The notes below the pieces were generated by a model. That model made no database searches. It was not told the origin of the DNA and was given only the letters and a program-made list of their open reading frames with translations. This document shows, in pieces, positions 10,703 to 20,442 of a stretch of DNA of 64,000 bases. The translations under genes were made by a program, and so were the position numbers. The stretch is from an uncultured Spirochaetota bacterium (lineage in GTDB: Bacteria; Spirochaetota; Spirochaetia; SZUA-6; Fen-1364): contig CAWAHW010000005.1 in NCBI GenBank assembly GCA_963781885.1, positions 96,001 to 160,000 on the forward strand, written 5' to 3'. Numbering within the stretch: the first letter of the stretch is position 1; each line of letters starts with the position of its first letter.

Positions 10703-11866
10703 TCAGCCCCTGACGATCTCCACCGTTTCAAGCGCCTGTGCAAGAAGAGGCTCCACTTCGAGCCTTTTGTATGACAGGTCCATCTTGTGTTTGTCGGGGT
10801 GGATCAGCGGATGCTCGGGGGCGAAGAGCACGCAGCAGTCGGCGTAGGGAAGGTTGGACGTCTCGAACGTATCGATTTTCTGCGCCACCGCGATGATCTC
10901 CTCCTTGTTCATGCCGACGAGCGGCCGGAATACCGGCAGGTCAGTATAGGATCCGGTGAAATGCATGCTTTCCACCGTCTGGCTCGCCACCTGGCCGAGG
11001 CTTTCACCGGTCACCAGGCACATCGAGCCAAGCCTCTCCGCCAGCAGGGTTGCGAATCGCATCATGCAGGCCCGCAGCAGGAGGGTGATCTCCTCCGCCT
11101 GGGCTTTCTCCTTGATCCGCGCGAGCACCGGTGTGAAGTGGACGACGTGGAGCGCAATGCCGGGCATCCACGCGGCGAGCCGGTGCGTGAGGGTCTCCAC
11201 CTTCTCACGCGCCTTCTCCGAGGTGAAGGGCGCCGAGTGGAAGTACACCGCGTGGACGGCCATGCCCCGCTTCGCCATCATCCAGCCTGCCACGGGTGAG
11301 TCGATGCCGCCGGAGAGAAGCAGAAGCCCGCGGCCCGAGCTGCCATTAGGCAGGCCGTAGGGGCCGCCCGTGGAGGGTCCATAGAGGTAAGCGCGCTCGC
11401 GTATCTCCACCGAAAGAACCCAGTCAGGAGTGTGGACGTCCACCTTCAGCTCGGGAAAGCTCCCGCACAGCGCATCGCCGAGCCTGCAGGCGATCTCATA
11501 CGAGGTGAGCGGGAATCTTTTCTCCGCCCTGCGCACCTCCGCCTTGAACCGGTTGCCCAGCCCTGCCGCCAGATAGCGCGCGGCGAGCGCCAGCCCGGCC
11601 TTTTCGATGGCCTCGATGGCAAGCTCCGCCTGCACCGCTTCGCAGAACGAGACGATGCCGAAGGTGCGCGCAAGGGCGGCGGTGACCTGTGCCGCGTCGG
11701 CTGGCGCGCACCGGACGAACACCCGGTGAAAAGTCTCAATGACGGAAAGCTGCACGTGGGGAAGCCTCGCGCGGATGGAATCTTTCAGGTACCGGACGAA
11801 AGCGCCCCGGTTGCGCTTTTTCAGCGCGATCTCACCGTACTTGATGAGGAAAAGCGTCTCGCTCAT
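10703..11866 (-). CDS. thiI: tRNA 4-thiouridine synthase
   Basis: IKYGEIALKKRNR, THUMP region, LLSGGIDSPVA, TGESLGQVASQT, DCC. Confidence 0.95.
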   Translation of the reverse strand: MSETLFLIKYGEIALKKRNRGAFVRYLKDSIRARLPHVQLSVIETFHRVFVRCAPADAAQVTAALARTFGIVSFCEAVQAELAIEAIEKAGLALAARYLAAGLGNRFKAEVRRAEKRFPLTSYEIACRLGDALCGSFPELKVDVHTPDWVLSVEIRERAYLYGPSTGGPYGLPNGSSGRGLLLLSGGIDSPVAGWMMAKRGMAVHAVYFHSAPFTSEKAREKVETLTHRLAAWMPGIALHVVHFTPVLARIKEKAQAEEITLLLRACMMRFATLLAERLGSMCLVTGESLGQVASQTVESMHFTGSYTDLPVFRPLVGMNKEEIIAVAQKIDTFETSNLPYADCCVLFAPEHPLIHPDKHKMDLSYKRLEVEPLLAQALETVEIVRG

Positions 11867-13062
11867 GAGCCGCCCCGCGAGATTGCCGCCAGGGGGGGAA
11901 TGTCCCTCTGCATCATGTCGATGAATGCGTCGATTTCTTCACGTCGTGTCGACGGCCCCGTGGAGATGCGCACCATGCAGCGCGCTGTTTCTTCCGGGAG
12001 GCCCATGCTCTCCGGTACCCGGGTACGGTCCTTTTTCTTCGTCGAGCACGCGGCGCCGCTTGCGATGCAGAACCTTGCCGCATCGGCGGTGCGCACCACG
12101 ACCTCGGCGGGCAGGGGCGGGAATCCGACCGACACGATCCACGGCGAGAAACGCGGGTCGTCTCCGTCCTGCCGCGTGAGGGGCAGCACCCACGCGCCGC
12201 GTATCGCGGTGAGGCCCTCCAGAAGACGCCGGGCATTGGCCCGGGCCGCGGCCATATCCTCTGGCAGCCGCGCGATCCGCGTCGCAAGGGCTGCCGTGAA
12301 CGCCGCGATGCCGGCGAGGTTTTCCGTGCCCGGTCTGCGCCCTGCTTCCTGTCCGCCGCCGATGCCGAGGAATGACGGCGCGTGCCCCGCCTTCAGGTAA
12401 AGCGCGCCGACGCCCCGCGGCGCGCCGATCTTGTGGCCGCTGAAGGAGGCTGCATCGACGTCCATGTCGCGCAGGGAGAACGGGATCTTTGCGAGCGCCT
12501 GCACGGCGTCCGTGTGCAAAAGGATCCTGCGCCCCTTGCGCGCGGAGAACTCCCGCACGATGCGCGCGATACCCGCGATGTCCTGGACCGCGCCCGTCTC
12601 GTTGTTGACGAGCATCACCGAGACCATCACGGTGTCGTCCTCCAGCGCTTCGCCCAGCGCGTCCGGGCTCACCCTGCCGTCGGGCCTCGGCCGCACGACC
12701 GTGCACGCGATCCCGTGCCCCTCCAGGCTCCGCGCCTGCTCATAGATGGAGGCGTGCTCGATGCCGGTGGTGATGACGCGGGTCTTCTGTCGCTCCACGC
12801 CCCCGAGCCGGTGCCGGGTCAGGAGGGAGAGGAGCACGTCGGTATTCGATTCGGTGCCGCCCGACGTGAAGACGATTTCTTTCGCATCGATGCCGAGGGA
12901 TGCCGCACACTGCGCGCGGCACTGCGCGAGCTTTTCCTCGGCAGACCTGCCCGCGCGGTGCGGCGAGGAAGGGTTGGCAAAGTATCGCACGGATACATCC
13001 CGCGCCTCTTCCAGGGCGGCAGGCTCCGGCGGCGCGGAGGCCGCCCAGTCCAGATATGTCAT
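11863..13062 (-). CDS. iscS: Cysteine desulfurase (IscS/NifS family) coupled to thiI
   Basis: YLDWAAS, ANPSSPH, FTSGGTES, HTDAVQA, SGHKIGAPRGVG, RPGTEN, SGAACS. Confidence 0.88.
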   Translation of the reverse strand: MTYLDWAASAPPEPAALEEARDVSVRYFANPSSPHRAGRSAEEKLAQCRAQCAASLGIDAKEIVFTSGGTESNTDVLLSLLTRHRLGGVERQKTRVITTGIEHASIYEQARSLEGHGIACTVVRPRPDGRVSPDALGEALEDDTVMVSVMLVNNETGAVQDIAGIARIVREFSARKGRRILLHTDAVQALAKIPFSLRDMDVDAASFSGHKIGAPRGVGALYLKAGHAPSFLGIGGGQEAGRRPGTENLAGIAAFTAALATRIARLPEDMAAARANARRLLEGLTAIRGAWVLPLTRQDGDDPRFSPWIVSVGFPPLPAEVVVRTADAARFCIASGAACSTKKKDRTRVPESMGLPEETARCMVRISTGPSTRREEIDAFIDMMQRDIPPLAAISRGGS

Positions 13063-13215
13063 GCTCTCCGTGTTCGGGTTCACTCTGCCTCTTGACTTCC
13101 CGCGGCTTGGAAAAGGGGACCCGGGCGGCCGCAACGCTTCCTGGCAGGATGCGCCGGAAAGTCCTTGCAACAACCGGCCTCAATCGATAAAATCCAGTGC
13201 AAAATACCGAAGAGT

Positions 13216-13512
13216 ATGGAAAAAAACAAGCTTGTATCGAAGAGCAACGGTCGCGACGAGATGGCGCACATGGCGCGGACGCTGAAGGTCTGCGGTCACC
13301 CCATCCGCCTGAAGCTCCTGCGCGCGATCGAAAGCTCGGAGCCCTGCGTTTCCGACCTGTGGCACTGCGTGGAAGAGCCGCAGCCCGTTGTCTCCCAGCA
13401 TCTTGCCGTGCTCAAGAAGGAAGGCATCGTTTCTTCCCGCACGGAAGGCAACCGGCGCATCTATTCCGTATCGGATCCCTGGGTCAAGGACCTGCTCGCC
13501 CGGATGGAATAG
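13216..13512 (+). CDS. ArsR/SmtB-family transcriptional regulator
   Basis: LKVCGHPIRLKLL...CVSDL...QPVVSQHLAVLK..GIV..R.EGNRRIY. Confidence 0.9.
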   Translation: MEKNKLVSKSNGRDEMAHMARTLKVCGHPIRLKLLRAIESSEPCVSDLWHCVEEPQPVVSQHLAVLKKEGIVSSRTEGNRRIYSVSDPWVKDLLARME

Positions 13513-13546
13513 GAGCTCCCGGACCGAGCGGTACGTCCGGCTTCTC

Positions 13547-15094
13547 TCAGATGGTGAGAGTGGGTACCCATATCCTGATGAAGCTGACCACAAGGGTTAG
13601 GAAATTAATGATCAAAGTGAAAAAGCCCGTCCAAATGCCGATATTTGTGAAGTTCTTCTGCGTGTTCGTCCAGGCATTGGGGACTACCACAATCACCGCT
13701 CCCGGTGGCACATTCGACGTCAGCCCGACCTTCGTCTTGTTGCCTGCCTTGTCCACGAAGTAGATGCCGTTTGGATCCCCCGTGTCGGGATTGATGCCTC
13801 CCGAAGCCACGAGGTAGTCGCTCACGACGAGCGCCGGGTTGTAGGGCAGCTTGCCGGGCGTCCGCACTTCCCCGGCCACGAAGACATCGATCGCCATCGG
13901 CACGTCCACCGTGTCGCCGGGCTGGAGCGCAACGTCCTTGGCAGGGTCGCGAGTGGCCCAGAGCGAATCGACGTCCAGCATCATACGGTCGCCGGTCTTT
14001 TTCCTGATGATGAATGCCTGCTTCGCCTGGGCATAGGGCGTCGGTCCGCCGAGCGATTCCAGGACAGTAATGAGGGAGAGCCCCGGCGTGTAGGGAATGT
14101 TGACCGAGATCGGCATCAGCGGGATTGGAACAGGCTTGTCCGTGGAAACCGGGGCGCCGAAGAGCGCGCCCGTCACGAGCACCATGTCGCCATTCTCCAC
14201 GATGGACGGGACCCTGACACGGTCCGCGTCGACGAGAGCCGTGGAAGCCTGCGACGCGACATCGAGTATCTTCTGCGTCGTGCTGCCGTCGGGATTGATC
14301 CTGACGATCTCCACGCTCGTTGTGCGCGCGTCGGGAAGCGTTCCTCCCGCATACGCCAGAAGGGCGCCGAGCGTTTCTCCCGGGATGAGCTCGTAGGGCC
14401 CGGGGAATTTCACCTCCCCGGTCAGGGTGACGGTGACCTGCGCCTGCGGTACGTATATCTTGTCGCCCGGCTCGAGATAGGGGTTCTCCTCAGATGCCCC
14501 CTCCCCCGAGTATTTCAAAAGGTCGATGACGATCTTTTTGTCGCCGCGGATCAGCGAGACCTGGCGATACGTCCCGCCGGGAAGCCTGCCGGAAACGGCC
14601 AGCACGTCCGACACGCGGGAAAGCGGGTAGACCGTGACCATGCCCGGCTTCTGCACGCCGCCGAAAACGGCCACATCGAAACGCGCCGGTGCCAGCATCG
14701 TCAGGCTCACGAACTGTGCGAGCGGCAGGAGCTTTTTGACCCCCTGGGTGATCATGGTCCGCAGATCGCTGAAATACATTCCTTTGACGTTCTTCGTGCC
14801 CATGTAGGGGATGTCGATGTCGTAGTTTTCCTGGAGCGCCAGGGGGAACGTGGCGGTGGTATCGGTCGTGATGGAAAGCTGGTAGACGTCGCCCGGCGTG
14901 ATCTTGTACCGGGTCGAGCTCATGATCCTTTGCGCGATCTGTGCCGGGTCACCGCCCTGGAAAGCCGCGCTCGATGCCCCTGCCGCGCCGAAGCCGGGCG
15001 CGGTGGAGCCGGGCGCGGTGGAGCCGGGCGCCTGGGCGAAGGAGACGACAGCAATGGCGGCCAGCACAATGACCACGGAGAGAAATCGCTTCAT
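13547..15094 (-). CDS. SLBB-domain polysaccharide export (Wza-like) protein
   Basis: Signal peptide; YKITPGD poly-export motif; repeated V.V.GEV..PG SLBB motifs; C-terminal TM helix. Confidence 0.8.
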   Translation of the reverse strand: MKRFLSVVIVLAAIAVVSFAQAPGSTAPGSTAPGFGAAGASSAAFQGGDPAQIAQRIMSSTRYKITPGDVYQLSITTDTTATFPLALQENYDIDIPYMGTKNVKGMYFSDLRTMITQGVKKLLPLAQFVSLTMLAPARFDVAVFGGVQKPGMVTVYPLSRVSDVLAVSGRLPGGTYRQVSLIRGDKKIVIDLLKYSGEGASEENPYLEPGDKIYVPQAQVTVTLTGEVKFPGPYELIPGETLGALLAYAGGTLPDARTTSVEIVRINPDGSTTQKILDVASQASTALVDADRVRVPSIVENGDMVLVTGALFGAPVSTDKPVPIPLMPISVNIPYTPGLSLITVLESLGGPTPYAQAKQAFIIRKKTGDRMMLDVDSLWATRDPAKDVALQPGDTVDVPMAIDVFVAGEVRTPGKLPYNPALVVSDYLVASGGINPDTGDPNGIYFVDKAGNKTKVGLTSNVPPGAVIVVVPNAWTNTQKNFTNIGIWTGFFTLIINFLTLVVSFIRIWVPTLTI

Positions 15095-15101
15095 GCCGGG
15101 C

Positions 15102-15130
15102 AGTCTAAGCCGAATGCCATGAGGCGTCAA
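15102..15130 (-). promoter_or_regulatory. sigma70 promoter, leaderless, for SLBB gene
   Basis: TTGACG-N17-TAGACT-N7-ATG on minus strand. Confidence 0.65.
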
Positions 15131-15143
15131 GTTTTCACCGGCC

Positions 15144-15172
15144 TTGCCCCTGCTTCGGCTCCACGCTATGTT
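15144..15172 (+). promoter_or_regulatory. sigma70 promoter, leaderless, for hypA
   Basis: TTGCCC-N17-TATGTT-N6-ATG. Confidence 0.55.
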
Positions 15173-15178
15173 CCTGTC

Positions 15179-15592
15179 ATGCACGAGTGGGCCCTTGCTG
15201 AAGCAGTCATTGAGGCGACCTCTTCCGCGCTTGCCGGGCGCGATCCCTCGTGCCTGAAATCGGTGAACGTGCGCATTGGAGAGCTGCAGGGCATCGACCG
15301 CGGCGTCTTCGACTTCGCCCTTTCCTCGCTGCGAAAGGAAAAGCCATTCGGCGGCGCTTCGTTCACGCTCGAAACGGAGCCTGCCGCCCTCTGCTGCCGC
15401 GCCTGCGGCACGGAATGGGGATTGGCGCAGTCCCCGGGACTCACACCGGAAAACCGCGAAGCGATACATTTCCTCCCCGAGGCAGCCCATGCCTTTATCC
15501 GCTGCCCGTCCTGCGGCAGCCCCGACTACGAGGTCGCGCGCGGACGGGGAGTGAGCATCGAAAGCATCGGCATCCTCGAATCCTGCCTATGA
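15179..15592 (+). CDS. hypA: Hydrogenase nickel insertion protein HypA (long, Thermococcales-like form)
   Basis: MHEWALAEAV, IGELQGID, CRACG...IHFLPE..HAFIRCPSCGS.D.EV..GRGV. Confidence 0.92.
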   Translation: MHEWALAEAVIEATSSALAGRDPSCLKSVNVRIGELQGIDRGVFDFALSSLRKEKPFGGASFTLETEPAALCCRACGTEWGLAQSPGLTPENREAIHFLPEAAHAFIRCPSCGSPDYEVARGRGVSIESIGILESCL

Positions 15593-16342
15593 TCGACCCG
15601 CGCGAATCGGTTGTGAGAGCCCGGCTCGGCGGCATCCTGCGCATCATTGGTTTCTACTCGGCAAAGGGCGGCGTGGGAAAGACATTCTGCACGACGACGG
15701 CAGCGGCGGTGCTTGCGCGCGCCGGCAAGAGGGTGGGGGTGCTCGACCTCGACATGCAGGGAGCGAGCGCCCACATCTTTCTGGGAGTGCAGCCGCGAAT
15801 GCCCGCGGAGGAACGCGGCATCCTGCCGCTCCCCGTCGCGGAGAATCTCTGCTTCATGAGCGCTTCGATCTTTACCGCCGAAGCGCGCCCTTGCCCTGCG
15901 CGGTCCCGAGGTGTCCAGCGCCATCCGGGAGCTCCTGGCCGTCACCCAGTGGGGCGCGCTGGACTGCCTCCTCGTGGACATGCCCCCCGGCATCAGCGAT
16001 GAGGTTCTCGACCTTGCCCGCCTTATCCCGCGCCTGGAAGCCCTCGTGATTTCAACGCCGTCTTCCATCTCCGTGGCCGTGGTGCGCCGGCTTCTCTCCG
16101 TGCTCGCGGACATGCACGTGCCGGTTGCGGGCATCATTGCGAACATGGCGGCGGGCCGGGCCGTTTCGGTGAGGGAAATGGCGGCGCGAACGGGAAATGC
16201 ATTTGCCGGCGAGGTGCAGGCGGACGCCTCCGTAGAGGCGGCGATCGGCGACCTGGAGGGCCTGGCCTCGACACGGGCGGCATCGGACCTGCGCGGCGCG
16301 CTCGCCGTCGTCGGGCTGTTGCAGGCGTCCGAACCCTCTTAG
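15589..16342 (+). CDS. Mrp/MinD-family P-loop ATPase (putative ATPase-type HypB), 1-nt frameshift near 15881
   Basis: MIDPR, deviant Walker A SAKGGVGKT, LDLDMQGAS, LRGPEVS, W..LD.LLVDMPPG, IIANM; overlaps hypA stop. Confidence 0.82.
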
Positions 16343-17556
16343 CGGGCTGTCGCGACTTCTGCATCCTTCCGTGCTTTTCTCTTGAACAAGCGGGCTATCG
16401 GCCATGGCAGGTAGAGGATGCCGAAAACGACGAGGCCCATGAGCTCGAGACCGAGCACGTAGCGGGGCGAGGGGCCGAAGATGTCGGAAAAGAGATCGAC
16501 GATGGAGCCGGTGGGAGGCGGATAGCCAAGAACGAAGTAATTCCCCGGGTCGTAGGGAGGCAGGAGGCCGAGGAGCCTGTCGATGCCGTACATCGGGATG
16601 AGAAGAATGTTCGTGACGATGAAGACCCGTACCAGCGACCGCAGCCTGATGGTGACACCGCCGGAAAGCGCCATGACCATGGCGCAGGTGATGATCAGAC
16701 CGTGTGAGATGAAAAATGAGAAGTACTTGAAGGCCGGGAACCCGCTCGTGCCGATATCGGGTGCGATGAGCGCCTGCAACGCGCCGCCGATTCCCCAGAA
16801 ATAGAGGATGTCAAACAGGATCTGGCGGGTCTTCTGTGAATCGGAGAGGAGCATGACGGGGAGGAGCATGATCGAGAGGCCGCACATCTGGAACATGAGC
16901 GCGCTTGAAACCGACCAGCCGCCGATGGAGAACCAGTACGCCTGGTAGATGAGCTCGTTCAGCCACATCGCTGCCGAAAGGACGAACGCCAAAGGGAGGA
17001 AACGCGACGATTGCTCCCGTCCCTGCCGCGTCACGCGCGCCCCGGTTCCGGCAAAGAGCCCCAGCCCGACCGCCGCCAGGATGATGAGGGCGATCGGAAT
17101 CAGGTGCTCGGGGGTCCAGGACTGAAACTCCCGGGCCGCGGTTCCTTCGCGCACCAGTATTCGCCGCGGGCTGCTCGTGACAGTGGCGCCATCGAGGCCC
17201 GTCAGGGAGCCCCGGAGGTCCCATGAACCGTCGGTCGGAAGCATGATGCGCGTCGACCACGAGGAGAGCGGGTACAAAGCCATTCCCTTGTACGTCACCT
17301 CGTCGCGGAGTGCGACCGTCCGGACTGTCTCTCCTCCTGCCCGGGGCACGGCCTCCACGACGATGGACGCAATTCCCTTCTGCATCCATGCGTCGCCGGA
17401 AACGACGAAAGACCTGTCGAGCGTGGCGACGCCCTCGGGGGACTTTATCCTGATGCCATTCATGGTGGAGAGACGGATCGTGAAGACGAGCTGGGTCCCG
17501 AGGATCAAGACGAATCCCGCGGCTATGAATATCACGCGCGATCGCGGCATTTTCAT
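16339..17556 (-). CDS. YwaF/TIGR02206-like membrane protein with N-terminal extracytoplasmic beta-rich domain
   Basis: LMFQMCG, YFWGIGGALQALIAPD, FFISHG, NYFVL..PP..S. Confidence 0.72.
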   Translation of the reverse strand: MKMPRSRVIFIAAGFVLILGTQLVFTIRLSTMNGIRIKSPEGVATLDRSFVVSGDAWMQKGIASIVVEAVPRAGGETVRTVALRDEVTYKGMALYPLSSWSTRIMLPTDGSWDLRGSLTGLDGATVTSSPRRILVREGTAAREFQSWTPEHLIPIALIILAAVGLGLFAGTGARVTRQGREQSSRFLPLAFVLSAAMWLNELIYQAYWFSIGGWSVSSALMFQMCGLSIMLLPVMLLSDSQKTRQILFDILYFWGIGGALQALIAPDIGTSGFPAFKYFSFFISHGLIITCAMVMALSGGVTIRLRSLVRVFIVTNILLIPMYGIDRLLGLLPPYDPGNYFVLGYPPPTGSIVDLFSDIFGPSPRYVLGLELMGLVVFGILYLPWPIARLFKRKARKDAEVATAR

Positions 17557-17627
17557 CGGTGAATTATAGACCCGCGGGGATTGGAAAGAAAGCGGGGAAC
17601 CGTTTATTGTGCGGCAAGGGGGAACAC

Positions 17628-17939
17628 GTGAGCATTTTCGAGATCGCGATGCTTGTGTGCTTCGGCGCGGCATGGCCGGTATCCATTTACAAGTCGATAC
17701 GGACGCGCGCGGTGGCCGGCAAGAGCCTGCCCTTTCTTGTCATCGTCTTTGTCGGATACATCGCGGGAGTCCTGAACAAGCTCCTCATCCACTACGACCT
17801 TGTGATCTTCCTCTACATTCTGAACGCCGTCATGGTCGGCATTGACATCGCGCTCTACCTGAGGAATCGGCTCTATCACATCCACAAGAGTCTCCGGGAG
17901 GCAGAGGCGGCCGCGAAAAAGTCCGGGGCGCCTGCATGA
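17628..17939 (+). CDS. PQ-loop/SemiSWEET-like small membrane protein
   Basis: FEIAMLVCFGAAWPVSIYKS..TR...GKSL.FL; three TM helices. Confidence 0.7.
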   Translation: MSIFEIAMLVCFGAAWPVSIYKSIRTRAVAGKSLPFLVIVFVGYIAGVLNKLLIHYDLVIFLYILNAVMVGIDIALYLRNRLYHIHKSLREAEAAAKKSGAPA

Positions 17940-18425
17940 GCGTGCTCATTGCCTTTCGCGGCAGATATGGGACAACGGCCGGCTGCGCCCGCGACCTCGC
18001 CGCGCTTCTACGGTCGCCCTGCACCCTCGCCGACCTCGCGCGGACCCCTTCGGTGGATATCTCCTCATTCGACACGGTCGTGATTGGAGGAGCGATTTAC
18101 GGCGGCAAGATCCTTCCGCCGGTGACGGATTTCTGCGAGCGCCATCGGGACGAGCTTCTGGAAAAGAAGGTCGGCGTCTTCATCTGCTGCCTGTCGCGGG
18201 GCGCCCATGCCCGCGCGCAGCTCGCGGAGGCATTCCCGGAGTGGCTTTTGGCGCGCACCTTTGCCCAGGCATTTGCCGGAGGGGAGATCCGCCGCGCGCG
18301 GCTCAGCCTCCTGGATCGGCTGCTCGTGCGCAGGCTTGCCCCGGACAAAGGGCGATATTTCCCTCCTGGACGCCGCGGCTCTCCGCGCCCTGGCAGATTC
18401 GGTCAACTCACTGGCCGGGACGTGA
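17936..18425 (+). CDS. Flavodoxin-domain (HemG-like) protein, frameshift near 18350
   Basis: VLIAFRGRYGTT, DTVVIGGAIYGG, KVGVFICC; plausible C-terminus KGDISLLDAAALRALADSV in alternate frame. Confidence 0.75.
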
Positions 18426-18506
18426 TCAGGGCCGTAGTTGAGCCCATCGTTTGCGCGCGGGGGTCTTCGCGTTATGATGGGGGCGTGGACGCGACAGGAG
18501 GGTCGG

Positions 18507-18911
18507 ATGATCGACAGGATGAGTGAAGAGATCGTGCGGGCGATGCTGGAGGCCATCCCTCTGGAGACGACCGTGATCGACGCGGACGATGAGGTGATCG
18601 GCTGGAACAAGCATGACACGCGGCTCTTCCATCGCCCCATGACCTCCATGGGCCTGAACTTCCGGGAATGCCACCCGCCGGAGAGTCTTGCCAAGGTGGA
18701 GCAGATCGTCGGGGAAATGAGGGATGGCACGCGCGACAAGGCCCGGTTCTGGATCGATCTGGAGGTCGAAAAAGGCGCTCCCCGGCACAAGGTCCTGATC
18801 GAGTTCTATGCGCTGCGTGATCCGCAAGGGCGATATCTCGGCTGCATGGAATGCACGCAGGACATTCAGGACATCATGGCTCTTCAAGGCCAGAGGAGGC
18901 TGCTCGACTGA
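18507..18911 (+). CDS. Stand-alone PAS domain protein (DUF438/PAS_10-like)
   Basis: LEAIPLETTVIDADD, RLFHR, ECHPPES..KV, FWIDL, YLGCME.TQDI; AGGAGG RBS. Confidence 0.85.
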   Translation: MIDRMSEEIVRAMLEAIPLETTVIDADDEVIGWNKHDTRLFHRPMTSMGLNFRECHPPESLAKVEQIVGEMRDGTRDKARFWIDLEVEKGAPRHKVLIEFYALRDPQGRYLGCMECTQDIQDIMALQGQRRLLD

Positions 18912-20196
18912 GACCGTGCGGGGCGGGCGGCCCCGTCCGTTCGGAGGGCGACGGGGAGCGGGGCGAAAGATGATCGGCGGGGCTTGATACCTGCAGCTTG
19001 TCTCTTGCCGCGATGCGGGTATAGATCATCGTGGTGGAAACGTCGGAATGGCCGAGCAGCTCCTGGATCGTGCGGATGTCATACCCCTTTTCCACAAGGT
19101 GCGCCGCGAAGCTGTGCCGCAACGTGTGGATCGTCGCGTGCTTCAAGATGCCCGCCGCGAGCAGAGCGATATGGAACGATCGCTGGAATGTTCCCGCATA
19201 GAGATGGAAGCGGACTGCCTGACCGGATCCCTGGTCGATGGAAAGCCTGTCGGAGGGAAAGACCCAGAACCATTCCCACGCGTCCCCGCCCGGTGACTCC
19301 CCGGGCGCTTCGGTCGACGCATGAGCACGGCGTATGCCTTGCGCACGATCCTTGTCATACAGGACCCGCGCGCGTCGCAAGTGGGTTTTCAGCTCCCCGA
19401 TGAGGCGTTGCGGCAGAAGCGTATCGCGCTCCCTTTTTCCTTTTCCCGGTCGGACCGTGAGACATCCCCGAACGAAGTCCAGGTCCCGCACGCGAAGCGA
19501 AAGGCACTCCTCCAGTCGAAGCCCTGCTCCGTAGATCAGTGTGGCGACGAGCCGATGGGTGTCTGTCAGGCACGCAAGGAGATGCTCCACCTCATGCGCG
19601 GATAATACTGCCGGCACGCCACGCCCCTTTGCATGGACGATTTCCAGGTCGCCGACGGGCCGGTGGAGAACCTCGCGGAAAAGGAACTGCAAGGCAATCG
19701 ATGCCTGCTGGAGGGTGGCTGCCGCAACCTTGCGGTGTGCCAGGTGCGACAGGTAGGCCTTCACGTCATCCCCCTGCAGGCTTCCCCCACCGCGATCCCG
19801 CGAGAACGAGAAAAAGCGCTCCACCCATCCACGATATGCACGCTCCGTGTGCGCCGACAGATGTTTTGCCTGGATGATCCTGACAAGGCCTTCAATCAGC
19901 TTTCCCTGCAGACCCGTGGGCGGCCGGACCGGCTGCCGGGTGTCGATCCGTGCCGAGCCGATGCTCTTGAAACGGGCATAGAGCTGGAGGGCCTTCCGCG
20001 CCCGGGCCGCGTCCATGGATCCATGCGAAGACCCGATCTCCAAGAGAAATGCATTCATGGACCCATCCGCGTTCCTCCTTCCTGCCGAGGCCGTGCGCCA
20101 GGTTGAATAGACGCGCACCCATCTTTCGATTTGTGGAATCTGCTGAAAGGGAACCAGCGAACGGCTTTTGAGGAATTCGGAAAACGATGCCGCCAT
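18874..20196 (-). mobile_element. intI: Integron-integrase-family tyrosine recombinase, long form with N-terminal extension
   Basis: SAHTERAYRGWV..F, VAAATLQQA..ALQFLF, YGAGLRLEECL.LRVRDLDF, GKG, W.WFWVFPS...S.D..SG...R.H insert, HTLRHSFA.HL.E.GYDIRTIQELLGH.DVSTTMIYT. Confidence 0.85.
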
Positions 20197-20442
20197 GCCA
20201 CCCCCCGGGGCAACTCGCCGCCCAATTGTCTACACGGCAAAGGACGATCTTTTGCTTGAGAATTGCCTCCGCGATCATCAACTTGAGGTGGACCGGATAA
20301 TGCTGCCCTGCCGGGTTTCGCGCGTTTCCACGGGCTTGGCAGCTTCTATCAGAGCAACCTTCTGCCCCGCGCATCTATTTCAATTCTGCGTGAATTGGAG
20401 TAACTTATCAATGAGAAGCACACCGAATCCGAAAGGACAGGG

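Noticed and set aside
14992-15031. 15-bp tandem repeat
   Set aside because: Encodes an APGST linker inside the SLBB protein; not a separate element
20423-20442. CCGAATCCGAAAGG resembling the 5' end of a c-di-AMP riboswitch
   Set aside because: The start codon follows within a few bases and the remaining conserved elements are missing
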